A stretch of 64,000 nt of DNA from positions 28,953,751 to 29,017,750 of the forward strand of contig NC_068984.1 of NCBI RefSeq assembly GCF_001194135.2, written 5' to 3'. Below are positions 1 to 11,249 of the stretch, piece by piece. The notes beneath the pieces were generated by a model that had not been told where the DNA came from, did not search any database, and saw only the letters and a list, made by a program, of their open reading frames with translations. Position numbers and translations under genes: made by a program. Numbering within the stretch: the stretch's first letter is position 1; each line of letters starts with the position of its first letter. The stretch is from Octopus bimaculoides (taxonomy: Eukaryota).

Positions 1-149
1 TACTGTCTGAGGTCCTTGTTGTGACTTGACAGACAGTACAAACCCTAGTAAACACAATATCTTCAATTAACAACATCATGATATTCGATACTGTGTGACA
101 TCTTAAATAATAATAATAATAATAAACTATACCAACACAATGGAATAAC

Positions 150-570
150 ACAAAAAAGATGGTGTAAGCACATGCCAGAAAAGGTAACAGATAATGAGAA
201 AGCAACCATACTCTGGGATATGCCAATACACACAGATAGAGAAATTAGGCCAATATGCCAAATATAGTTGTCAGAGACCACCAAGAAAAAAAAATGCTTT
301 CTAGTTGATGTATCAATACCAATAGATGACAATGTTTCTCTAAAAGAAACGGAGAAAATTTCAAAATACAAAGATGTGGAAATAGAGGTAACTTGAATGT
401 AGAGTCTAAAAACAGAAAAATTTCATATAGTAGGTGCATTATGTATGATAAAAAAATATTCAGACAAATACATAACAAAAACACCAGGACCAACAAATAT
501 ATATAATATACAAAAAATAGCACTACTAGACACCACACACATCCTACGTAAAACACTTTCAATACAGTAA
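150..570 (+). mobile_element. R4/Dong-like non-LTR retrotransposon, C-terminal restriction-like endonuclease (RLE) fragment, degenerate
   Basis: Plus-strand translation with frameshifts/stops gives W.KHMPEKVTDNEKATILWDMPIHTDRE..PNIVVRDHQ..KCFLVDVSIPIDDNVSLKETEKISKYKDVEIEV..VGAL, the PD-(D/E)xK-type RLE signature of R2/R4/NeSL-group LINEs. Confidence 0.8.
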
Positions 571-689
571 AAATAAGAGCATCACAACAAACCACAGCAC
601 ATACCTAAGGCACAGTGCACTGCATTCGGTGGTGCTGTGAAAGTACATGATAAAAATAAGACTACTGAATAATGATGATAATAATAATA

Positions 690-885
690 AAATGGCAGGA
701 GATTGCAATAGAATGCCTGGTATAGCCCCTACAAAAAAGTTTGTCTCTTAGGGACAGCAAGGATTATCAGGAGGATTCTAAGCACTTGAAAGACTTGAAA
801 ACTTGTGGATATCTAAGGCTACAGGTAGTAACCAGCTAACCACGTAATTCCTACCAGGAATAAGACCGAATCTGAGCCAAACCAA

Positions 886-918
<33 letters not shown>
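690..918 (+). mobile_element. 3' end of an R4/Dong-like LINE with (TAA)n tail
   Basis: LGTARIIRRILST* terminal motif at about 750-790, followed by a short UTR and a (TAA)n run at 886-918. Confidence 0.6.
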
Positions 919-946
<28 letters not shown>

Positions 947-948
<2 letters not shown>

Positions 949-1745
949 GGTATTGATTGATTATAAGAAAGCATATGATATTGTACCCATTCCTGGATCT
1001 TAGACAGTCTTGAGCTGGTACAGGTATGTGAAGAACTAGAATACAGAGTCAACATGATGTGGACAATTTTTGGCAAGGGTTAATATCAAGAGAAGCATAT
1101 TTCAGGGAGATAGCCTATCACCATTGCTGTTTGTGATTTGTATAATACCTCTCACACAGCTACTATAGAAAGTGACACCTTGAAAAATGAAGACAAATTA
1201 AATTATGGTTGGTTTAAAGATCTTTGAGAAGACCAAATGCAAAATAAATGGTCTGATCTCAACAGTGCAGATATTCAGTAAGGATATTGGGATGGAATTT
1301 GAGACTAAAATGTGTGGTATGCTTATAATATGAAAAGGCAAAATAGTATTATCTGATTGTGTAGAACTACCCAACAGTGAGCAAATCAAGGATGTTGAGA
1401 CTGATGGATATAAGTATCTAGGTATTTTGAAGTGACAAAATCAAAGAGAGTGAAATGAAGGAAAGCTTTGGGTGAGAATATATCAGAAGAACCAAATTAA
1501 TTATGGGGAGCAGACTCAATGGAATGAACAAGATCAGGTTCCTTAATGCAATAAAGTGCAGGTGTCATTAGATGGACAAAGAATGAGATTGAGGAAATGG
1601 ATAGAAAAACCAGTAAAGTGATGACAGTTAACAAGGAAATGCACTCAAAAAGCAATATTGACAGACTTTATGTGCTTAGGAACAAAGGAGGAAGAGACCT
1701 CATAAGATGCAAGATCTGTGTTGTGAACTAGAACAGTCTGGGATG
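947..1745 (+). mobile_element. R4/Dong-like LINE reverse transcriptase fragment, degenerate
   Basis: MVLIDYKKAYDIVP.SWIL, FQGDSLSPLLFVICIIPL, DIGMEF, YKYLGI and IDRLYV motifs, interrupted by stops and frameshifts. Confidence 0.85.
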
Positions 1746-1968
1746 AACAACAAGCCTCAGTCAAATCAAAAGTAATAATGATTATAAATCTTTCTAATAA
1801 AATAGCAGCAGTAAATAATTACAGTAATGATTTCTTAATTTCACAAAATCCAAAAGAACAGGAAGGTATCTAAAACACTTATATGTTTATGAAAGTGCTT
1901 TTGAAAGTCTTTAATATATTTTTCATTTACATTTCATTCAAATGTCACAGTTGAATTGATAATAAATT

Positions 1969-2155
1969 TCAAAGACAAACCAAAAAGTAATGAAAATTTT
2001 CTACTTCATGTGAGAACTCCTTTGGCACAACTTCCAATTCCTTATCAAGTATTTCACAAGCACATGAGTGTAATTTCTCAATTGTGAGGCTATACAAGAG
2101 TTCTGATTGATTTTTACATTCTGATTTAAGAGCTTTTGTTTTAAAATTCTTTAAA
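1969..2155 (-). CDS. Candidate terminal (or penultimate) coding exon of an unidentified minus-strand gene
   Basis: Open frame LKNFKTKALKSECKNQSELLYSLTIEKLHSCACEILDKELEVVPKEFSHEVENFHYFLVCL*. The acceptor gattag is in phase 2, matching the 2701-2726 exon. Alternative donor TTG|gtttgt near 1981. Confidence 0.4.
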
Positions 2156-2700
2156 CTAATCAACTGATACAATTTGAAACAAAATTCTTTTGCAACAACA
2201 TTTTTTCAATAATAATAAAAATGAGGGTTTTAAGTTTTTTGAGAATAATAGAGTCATAATTCAAATATAGTTACTAAGTAAAATTATAAACTTGCATATA
2301 GCAGAAGGAGGCTTATCAGATATTACCAATTTAATGGCTCAACAGAAACACAGGACCAAGATATAAGAGTAATATGACATCATAATGTTAACAAAGATTA
2401 TGTGATTGAAAGTTGTGTGCTAATAAAATAATGAAAAAAGTAATCAACTTTTTGTTATGCACAAGAAAAAGAAGGATAAGTAAATTTCATACAAAAGTAT
2501 GGTCAATAAGGAAATTGTTGCCTTCTGTAACCAGAGCTATAGATCATTGGGTAAACATTCTTATTAATGTTAAAGAGTGGTGATGCAATTAGTAGAATTT
2601 AAATTTTATCTCAAGAACACTAGCAGAGCAAAAAGAGGGTATGGTATGGCATATACTATATATACCACAGCATAGAAAAGCATAACAAATATGTTCTTAC

Positions 2701-2726
2701 CATAGTCTTTTAATAACTTGACTTAC
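2701..2726 (-). CDS. Candidate 26-nt microexon (VSQVIKRL)
   Basis: Acceptor ttgttttatatatttcag| and donor ATG|gtaaga; phase 0->2. The exon itself begins GTAAGT (see recursive-splicing finding). Confidence 0.45.
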
Positions 2727-3454
2727 CTGAAATATATAAAACAAAACAATTGTGTCAATTAAACTTCATAAATTAGGAAAAAGCTTTTGACTTTTATATC
2801 ACATGATCAAATTACACATAAATATTATCATTAATATTTAACATACATTCACATACAAGCTCATAAAATGTTTCCTTAGCCAAAAACTTTGAAGATACAA
2901 TTGTTGTAAGGGTTATTCATTTCCAATAATCATCTCACTGTTTTACTTCTTGGGAGTTAGAGAAGTAAAAACAAACACTGTTAGAATGCTTTGGCATAAT
3001 GCTTCAGCCATTAAGCTAGTAATTTATAATTAGTATATTTTAAATAAATAGAAACATAGGATTTTAATTAATTCCCTTTCAGTTGCTGTTTTTTCTTTTT
3101 ATTATAATTTTTCCTTTTTTAGTAAAGTGATCTAATTTTAAAAGCCATTTTCTGAAACAAAAATATATCAAATTCATTTTATATTTTTATTATGTCCAAG
3201 AATAAATACATGAAACATAATCCACCAATCCTATTAATAAGAAATGGAATATACTATTGTACAGTTTAATAAGTTAAATTCAAATGTACCTAATGAACAT
3301 ATGCAATGAATGAGTTTAGCAGATATGGTAGTAATTATTGCAAATGAAGGAATGTTAATATCTAACAGAAGCAAATTAAGTAACCTTTCATTCTGATGGA
3401 AGATAGGTAAATTCAAAATATAACTTTAACGTCTGTATCTATAAAATTTACTCT

Positions 3455-3850
3455 GTGTGTGTTCCCTCTATGCACAGCCAAACCACTAGATCATTCTGTA
3501 CGAAATTTAGGATGAGAGCTTTTCATTACTCAGGGAAGGTTCTAGGGAGGGGTCAAAGTTTGGCCTTTGCCTACATAGGGGGCTGTAGCCCCACCACCAT
3601 ATGACCCTTCTGATTTTTTTTTTCAGTGGTATACTATTGTTTCACTTTTATTCTTTCACTTAAGACTTCCTAATTTTTTTTTTCAGGGGTATAATATTGT
3701 TTCACTTTTATTTTTTCACTGTGTGTGTTTCCTATAGGCATGGCGAAACTGCTGGATCAATCTGTACCAAATTTGGCACGACAGTTTCACATTACTTGGG
3801 GAAGGTTCTAGTATTAAATAAATCAGGGATACCGGTATGTCACAGAACAT
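3455..3850. repeat. Two related copies of a non-autonomous DNA-element-like segment plus a 60-bp tandem duplication
   Basis: tgtgtg..aaaccactagatca..tgtacgaaattt..ggaaggttctag (about 3455-3545) recurs at about 3720-3810; 3601-3660 is approximately duplicated at 3661-3720. Confidence 0.5.
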
Positions 3851-4773
3851 ACTACAATATAACATACTTTAACCTGTATGTAAAATACATGAATTTCAAA
3901 TGTTCAAGGGAAAGCAAGCAACAATAAATTTGAAATATGGAAAATATATGCACCAAGTGACAATATATAATTTGAAATTACTAATCCATAATATACATTT
4001 ACAACTCAAGATAACTAAATGCCAATAAAAGAAAATTCTGCTGCATCAGCATTATTTACATTCCAAACTGCAAAATATTTCAGAAATTGGTAGCATAAAA
4101 AGAAAGAAGCAACATGAATGTAAGTAACCATTAGTTTTATTATGCAAAGCATTTTCAAAATGCTCATAGTTAAATTAGCACCTTACACCATAAGCCTATG
4201 CAAGAACATTTCATTTGGTTACATTGTAAACTTCAGTTAATTAATGAGTAAGCTTCAAATATTTTTTTTATTTTTTAAATTTATTGAATCATATAAATAG
4301 AGGTTTTAGTTTGAAATAGGGTTATGAATGGGAAGAGAATAACTGAATAATTAAAATTAATAACTTTAACCCTTTAGCATTTGAACCAGCCATATCCAGC
4401 CCAAATATTCTACCTATTTTGTCTTCAAACCAGCTACTATACAATATCATTCTAAAAGTATACAATTACATCACAGAAATCTCAAAGCTTCCAGATTGAT
4501 TTTTAATTAAAGCATGATTAATTCAGAACAATGTGAATAGATAAGTATTACATTTGACAGAGTAATCTGAATGTTAAAGGACAAATCTCAAAAATGGAAA
4601 AAAAAACACAAGTAAAGACAACTATCACTATTACGATCATCACTGTTCTCAACTATTTCACAAGGGGTTATAACAACACAAACAGAAATTGGGAAGAGAA
4701 TGATGGTGGTGACACCATTAATAGATGACTATGCAATGGTTGATAATACCACCAAAATATGTCCATGACTCAC

Positions 4774-4825
4774 CTTACCTGCAATACATCTCCATACACC
4801 TTTACTAGCTAATGAACCATACTGT
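4774..4825 (-). CDS. Candidate coding exon (QYGSLASKGVWRCIAGK)
   Basis: Acceptor ttcattgtag|; tandem donors GCAG|gtaagg and AAG|gtgagt; only one frame is open; phase 2->0 links to 2701-2726. The frame stays open upstream to about 4896, so a longer form is possible. Confidence 0.55.
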
Positions 4826-5153
4826 CTACAATGAACCATATTTTTTTTAATAATATTTATCCACACTAAATCGGCAATTGTAATAAAGTGCTTTTCTAGA
4901 TTTGATTCACTTATACTTCAAATAATTCACTCCGTATAATAAAAGAAATTCTTGCTATCTTGACCATATTCTTCATCAGTTCTAAGTTTTGTCTTTCTTA
5001 TATCAAAACATTCTATTCAACATAAGTTAATTTGAACAGAGGGAAAATTAATACTGGAATAACATTCAAATACACTGAAACACTTTTCCTTCCTCCAAAA
5101 GGTATATTAACACTGTAATGAATCACAAAGGAAATTCAATTAAGCCTTCTCAC

Positions 5154-5175
5154 CAAGCACATTATATTTACACAT
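5154..5175 (-). CDS. Candidate 22-nt microexon (MCKYNVL)
   Basis: Acceptor ccctctgggtgttttag|, donor TTG|gtgaga. Confidence 0.35.
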
Positions 5176-6198
5176 CTAAAACACCCAGAGGGAATATTTC
5201 TGATGAGTTCATATACATGTCTGCTTACATACAAGCTTGCTTGCACCCCCCCCCCACACACACATCAGCAAGGCACAACAGAAATGCATTAATTCTTCTA
5301 TATATCTACATCACAGAAATTTACTAAAAAAAAATTTAATTATTTGGAATTATGTAAATACAGGAAAATGTTTTTGTGAAGAGCAGTTTCATTTAAGTAT
5401 AAATTTATATTCTCTTTTGACAATAGTTTTACAATACTCTCCAAAAATCATCCAATTCCTCTTTGTTCCTCATATCTCTCCATCACTCTCCGTTATATAT
5501 ATTGGAATCTATCAAAAGACATGCATGCATGCACATAATGTGTGCACACAAACACACACAATAGAAAAACAAACGAAGTAAGCTTATTCTATTTCGGCTT
5601 GTTGGAACATGAGAAAGAAGGAATCATATTATGAAAGTCAGCTAGCTGACATTTTGTACTGAAGAAAGGTGGTTCATATTGATCCTTTATCCTCCATTTC
5701 ATTCATTATGCTCAAAGACAGTTACATATTTTATCTACTATTCATCTTCATTTGATTACAAAACTCTTCATAGAAAAATAAGCAATAAATATCTTCATGT
5801 GAGAATGACAAAGATATATAATTCCCCCAACATTAAGGATATTTTCTTATAATCTGTAGCAGGTATGCACAAGATGACCTCTTGCTTATACACGTTCACA
5901 ATTTTGCAAGCTGATCAATTTAATACCCAAACTATTTGCAAAGTGGAACATTGCTTAACATCTTGGAGAGATATCATTCTTAAGGCATTTTTAGGGAAAG
6001 AAAATAAACACTCGTTTCATCATTCTCTGATTTCATGTACCACATTTGTTGATTAATCTAAAAAGAATGTAGGATAGCAATCATTAAAAAGAGAACAATT
6101 TAAAAATGAAATCCTGTTATTATTATTATTAATATTATTATTTGAGGTATTGTGCTTCCAGCAGGAAGGATTACTACTACTACTACTAGTACTACTAA

Positions 6199-6575
6199 GG
6201 CAGCGAGCTGGCAGAATTGTTAGCACACCAGGTGAGATGCTTAGTGGTATTTCATCTGCCGTTATGTTCTGAGTTCAAATTCTGCCGAGGTTGACTACTA
6301 CGTGTGTGTATATAAAAGCATAAGTGCATTTGGAAATTCAGACACTAACAAACATTCCAATAACATTGGCTTCAATTTTTGGCACAAGACCAGCAGGTTT
6401 AGAGGGGAGAAGTTGATTACACCAGCCTGAGTGTTCAACTGGTATATATTTTATCAACCCTGAAAGAACAAAAGGGCAAAGTCAACCCTGGTGGCATTGA
6501 AATTAGAACATAAAGTCGGTATAAATGGCGCTAAACATTTTTCCTGACACATTAATGACTTTTGCCAGCTCAACA
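6199..6575 (+). mobile_element. tRNA-derived SINE (octopus-type family 1)
   Basis: GGCAGCGAGCTGGCAGAA A-box-like head and GAGTTCAAATTC B-box. Degenerate relatives at about 23955-24130, 24545-24780, and on the minus strand at about 16480-16620 and 57520-57640. Confidence 0.7.
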
Positions 6576-7677
6576 CCTAAAACATTCCAGTAATATTATA
6601 TATTCACTTATAGAAAAATGGGATTTGTAGCTATTTCTGAGTCTGAATCTTAATACTCTCGAGTACTCAACAAACAAGTTATATTCCATATTTTCTGTAA
6701 GAAGAGTATCAAAAGAGTAACCCTAGATTTACAGTGTCAAGTTCATGCTATGTTCTGAGTTGAAATATCACTCAATAAAATTTTTTCATCATATGTTTGT
6801 CCATAATTCTTAATACTGGTAATTTCTTTATCAACTTCACAAAAATGAAACAAAGTTAAACAGAGAGGGATCTGAAAACAGAATATTAAAAATATTTTGC
6901 CTCATATTCTATAATTTCTGCCACCTGTTGCTCTCCCAGATACATTTAGCAGAAAAATAAAGAAATCAAAATAAAAGGTTACCTTAGGAGTTATATATTA
7001 TAAATTTGTTGCATGCCATTTTACATTTTACAAGATCTTCATCCATTCAAAAGGACTATGGAATGACAGATAAAGATACATTTTTATTATATTCTTGATT
7101 TTGAATGCTTAGCATTGAAATGAGTTAGCTGAAAATTGAAACTGGTCTGACAATTTCAATAAAAAAAAATGTATGACTATTCATAATACTTGGGGAAGTG
7201 TAATGGTCAAGGTTAAAATTTAGACTCCTAGCTGAAACACTGTCAGTTAAAATCTGACAGTTCTCTTCAGAATAAGCTCCTGACAAAGTGGATTATTCCA
7301 GTTGACCTAGTTTATATAAATAAAACTCAGACATTGCAGGCACTTCACATTTGCATGGATAGTATTAAGGGAAGTATCCAGAATATTTAAAATCTCTGTT
7401 ATTTCACAATGCTAAGGGAAAACATTCTAATATATGATTTTAAAATCTTTCACTGAACACAACATATATTATTTTCTGATATAAACAGCAGAAGTCCATA
7501 ATTTAAGCAGTGCATTGCTTATATGGGAAATTTAATATAAAAAGAAGCTAGTATTAACAAATAATATATATTAGAAATTATTTTTATGAAACAAGTTGTG
7601 AAATATTAAAATATTTCAAAAAAGTAGCATGAACACTAGCTCAAACACTCAATTTAGAAATATTTTTGTGATCTTAC

Positions 7678-7717
7678 ATACAACTTTGATTTCAATGAAT
7701 TAATTTCTTGAAAGACC
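7678..7717 (-). CDS. Candidate 40-nt exon (VFQEINSLKSKLY)
   Basis: Acceptor agttttttaactcccag|, donor TAT|gtaaga; single open frame, phase 2->0. Confidence 0.45.
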
Positions 7718-8189
7718 CTGGGAGTTAAAAAACTGTTTTTCTTTTGGTTGTGTTTTTGTCTTTTTTTTTTTTAATATAAATCCCTCCTGGTTAAAATACC
7801 TTAAGAACAGGGAAACAATATCCTTGACATCTTACTATGACAGAGAGCAAATTTTATTCATTAATATTGGTTCTTATGAGCATTTGTTTTTAAACAGCTT
7901 GCATTTTGAATTATGCCACTGGCTCTTACTATACAACATATTTTAGCACCTTTTAAAAATTTATTTTACAGCAATATTCTCATTTTAATATTCTCTTCAA
8001 TTTGAAATATTTCTTATTCATATGATTCTGATTATGTTTTGGCAAAATTTCTACATTAGATTAAAAAAGAAATTCTTCGATACAATATGTTCATTAATAT
8101 TCATAAATAATTAGAAACAGGTTGTGCAGGTTTACAAACAGAGTTTGCAATAACACAGTACATTATAATATTGTAACATTTTATGACTC

Positions 8190-8600
8190 AGAGGAAGATA
8201 AGTGTTTTATCAGATCATCTAATTAGTGCCAGTACTGGCAGTTAAAGTGAAAATATGGATGAAGTTCAGGGAGCTAATATCTCTTCGAGCAATAAAGAGT
8301 TTCTCTCTGCATGTAAAAGCAGACTGTTTGAAACATATAAAAAGTGTGAGGTAGCACAGTATTGAGAAATAATAATTGAATGTATATAAATGTCTGTGAG
8401 GGTTTAAGAGAAATGAATCAAATAGGATTCATTAGATATCTAATATGACATTGCAAAGAAAGCAAAAGATCATGACATTAAAGATATAAGTTCAGGTACA
8501 CAGCTGATGCTTTAATGCCATGAACCAACCGTTCTGGTATGGACATGTGATTAAAATTGGAATATGTGTACTGTGTGCTAATAATGATAGAGAAATATAT
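8190..8600 (+). mobile_element. RTE-clade LINE RT C-terminal relic
   Basis: WMKFRELISL.AIKSFSLHVK resembles the RTE motif WKKFRELxxLLxxKxFSLRVKG seen in the better-preserved copies at 25.5 kb and 35.9 kb. Confidence 0.45.
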
Positions 8601-8606
8601 GGGAGA

Positions 8607-8645
<39 letters not shown>

Positions 8646-8764
8646 NNNNNNNNNNNNNNNNNNNNNNNNNNNNNNNNNNNNNNNNNNNNNNNNNNNNNNN
8701 NNNNNNNNNNNNNNNNNNNNNNNNNNNNNNNNNNNNNNNNNNNNNNNNNATATATATACATATA

Positions 8765-9585
8765 TTAGGTGATCCCATAAATAATGCGGTTTTTGTCAAC
8801 TGCATGAGCTAAAACTTGGAGGGAGATGGGATAAACTACTTGTATCAACTTGCTATAAAAGCAGGTAGTAATTTTACCATTTTACTTATTCTTGGTGTGA
8901 GTTTTGAAGAGTGCTGTTTGATTTTAAAAGTTATTTTTTCAAAGCTATAAATGAAGTCACAAAGGAGCATATTTGGCATATTTTGTCTTATGAGTTCATT
9001 GGGTAGGGAAAGGAGAAACACTAGCACCCCAAATTAAAGAAGGTTTTTACCCACATAAGGTGTTGTTATCTGTTTTGGTGGGATAGGAAAAGTTTAGTCC
9101 ACTTTGAACTTTTAAACCCAAACCAAATGATAATAAAGGAGATCTACTGTAAGCAGCTTCAGTGTCTTAAGTCAGTGCTAGAAGAAAAATGACCTTCTTT
9201 GGTTTCAAGACGAAAGGTGTTCTTCCATCAGGATAATGCTCGGTTACATACAGCAAGGATGATATTCCGAAGGCTGGAGTAGTTTGAATGGGAAACGATG
9301 CCCACCCATCATATTTGCCAGAAATTGCCCCATCTGATTATCATTTATTCTGCAGTCTTCAAAATCATTTAGACAGAAAAAATATGAATTCTGTAACAAG
9401 GTCAGAACAGTACTGGAGGATTATTTTTCATCATGGACAAGTGAGTTTTGGAAAAGGGGCCTTGCAAGTCTACCAGATAGATATGAAAGAGCATTGCAGT
9501 CTATTTTAGACTAAAAAAGAACTTTATCTTAATTTTGAAAAATACAAGAAGTATAAAAAGAATGCATCATTTATGGGATGACTGA
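8765..9585 (+). mobile_element. Internally deleted mariner (Tc1/mariner) transposon relic
   Basis: Imperfect TIRs (ttaggtgatcccataaataatgc / gcatcatttatgggatgactga) flanked by TA; degenerate transposase HKVLLSV.WD..FELL, FHQDNARLH and HPSYLPEIAPSDYHLF. Confidence 0.9.
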
Positions 9586-9749
9586 TATAGGTTTTACAAT
9601 CTGCTGTATAGCAGACCCATCAAACCCATGTTAATATGGGAAAATAGACATTGAGGTGTTGCTGTTGTTATTATTGTTGTTGTTGATGATAATGATTCAA
9701 TATTCTAATGTTCTTCAAAATTTATATATTGGCTTTATATATTTGATGA

Positions 9750-10180
9750 AGTGTTTTGTTTATTGCATATCACATGTGTTTGGGTCATTCTTGAGGTTGA
9801 ACAGACAAGTTAGGTGTTGTGTTATATCGCTCATCAGGAGTCATTCAGGAGAAAGATTCAATTGTAAAACATTAACAATGTTATTTTCCTTCTTGCTTGC
9901 TAATTTGAAAGTGTTGATTTCTCTGATTATTCTTCCAGTCACGTTTGAAATGTCCTTCTTACAAAGGGGATGCTATGCAGTGCCATATCTTTTAAGATGG
10001 GTTAATCTTGTAAATATCATCAACAAAGCCAAATACTATTTCATCTCTGATCATTCTTTGCTTATCCTTAACTCCAAATAACTTTCAGAATCTCACTGCT
10101 TCTATCAGGAAAATCATCCAGCTAGAGAAAATATTTCTAAAATTTAAACTGCAGGAATTCTAGGACAGAAGCTGAATAAG
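9750..10180 (-). mobile_element. Gypsy-like LTR retrotransposon gag relic
   Basis: Minus frame with stops gives FGVKDKQRMIRDEIVFGFVDD, resembling the MIRDxIVFG gag motif. The 141-aa plus-strand ORF is its antisense shadow. Confidence 0.4.
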
Positions 10181-10381
10181 AACTGAGACAAAGTAGAAAG
10201 GAATCTTTAATTCTACTACCAGAATGATGAAATACTCCCTGTCCACACTGTAAACCAAACATTACACTAAAATAGGTCAGTTTTCTTTGTTGTTGTGTGT
10301 GCAAGATGTCAAAGATTCATATTAAATGTTCATACCAATGTAATTATCTTCATTTCTTCATTACACTACAATGTTCATTAC

Positions 10382-10406
10382 CAGTTATTTCTCAATATTC
10401 TTCTCA
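10382..10406 (-). CDS. Candidate 25-nt microexon (RRILRNN)
   Basis: Long AG-free pyrimidine tract before ..atgag|, donor CTG|gtaatg; phase 1->2 bridges 15012-15037 and 7678-7717. Confidence 0.25.
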
Positions 10407-10754
10407 CTCATTGCATATGCAAGTATTTAGCAGAGTTTATTGAAACAAGAGCAGTAGCAGAGAAGAAGAAAATAGAAATTTATTTGTTTAAAATGACACT
10501 TATAGTTTGAGGGGTGAGTTTAATAAAAACTTCAATAGGAAGAGTATATGTATTTCAATCAGTGGGGTGAACAAGGTCATTTTTAAGAGATATAGTGATG
10601 AGAGAGGGTTGTGATAACAGTTTAAATGTATTTTATTAACATTAGATGTTATTTCATTGACATGGGTTATACATAGAATTGGAATAATTATTTATAAACT
10701 GTATAAATGAATTAATGCATAAGTATTTGAAAAAGTTGTTAAAATAGATAAGGT

Positions 10755-11007
10755 CTTACAGTTTTATATTTAAGAGATGAGGAATTATGTACATTATTTA
10801 CATTATTTATAATTGACGGATATTTGTCCTCATCTTGTTTGTTGTTAATACAACGTTTTGGCTGATGTACCCTCCAGCCTTCATCAGGTGCCTTGGGGAA
10901 ATTTTGAACTTGGGTTCTCATTCCTAAGGTACTTTTCAATGTTGTTGTTGTTATTATTATCATTATTATTATTCAGGTTACTGCCTGGAATCAAACTCAG
11001 AATCTTG
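10755..11007 (-). mobile_element. Hammerhead-bearing tRNA-SINE, 5'-truncated copy (left arm of inverted pair)
   Basis: Reverse complement aligns over about 200 bp with 11054-11250 and contains GGCAC-CTGATGA-A-GGCTG..CAGCC-AAAA-CGTT-GTATT (GAAA changed to AAAA). Confidence 0.85.
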
Positions 11008-11249
11008 CCCACAGGTATATGGCATAGTGGTTAAGAGTGTGGGCTACTAACCCCAAGATTCCGAGTTCGATTCCAGGCAGTGACCTGACTAATAATAACA
11101 ATAACAACATTGAAAAAATACCTTAGGAATGAGAACCCAGGTTCAAAATTTCCCCAAGACACCTGATGAAGGCTGGAAGGTATATCAGCCGAAACGTTGT
11201 ATTAACAACAAACAAGATGAGGACAAATATCCATCAATTGTAAATAATG
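11008..11249 (+). mobile_element. Hammerhead-bearing tRNA-SINE with intact head (right arm of inverted pair)
   Basis: A-box TGGCATAGTGG (about 11020), B-box GTTCGATTCC (about 11065), (TAA/CAA)n linker, then a hammerhead core at 11158-11203. Confidence 0.85.
11158..11203 (+). ncRNA. Minimal type I hammerhead ribozyme fold (activity unknown)
   Basis: GACAC (stem I) CUGAUGA A GGCUG-gaagguauau-CAGCC (stem II) GAAA CG UU GUAUU (stem I', one mismatch). Stem III is reduced to the palindrome ACGU. Confidence 0.6.

Noticed and set aside
4084-4119. Plus-strand 36-nt exon candidate (IGSIKRKKQHE, tttcag|..AAT|gtaagt)
   Set aside because: Isolated; no consistent plus-strand chain could be built.
9656-10081. 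141-aa plus ORF
   Set aside because: Starts in a microsatellite and is the antisense shadow of a decayed gag-like sequence.
11008-11085. Genuine tRNA gene
   Set aside because: The head lacks a complete cloverleaf and runs into a repeated SINE body.
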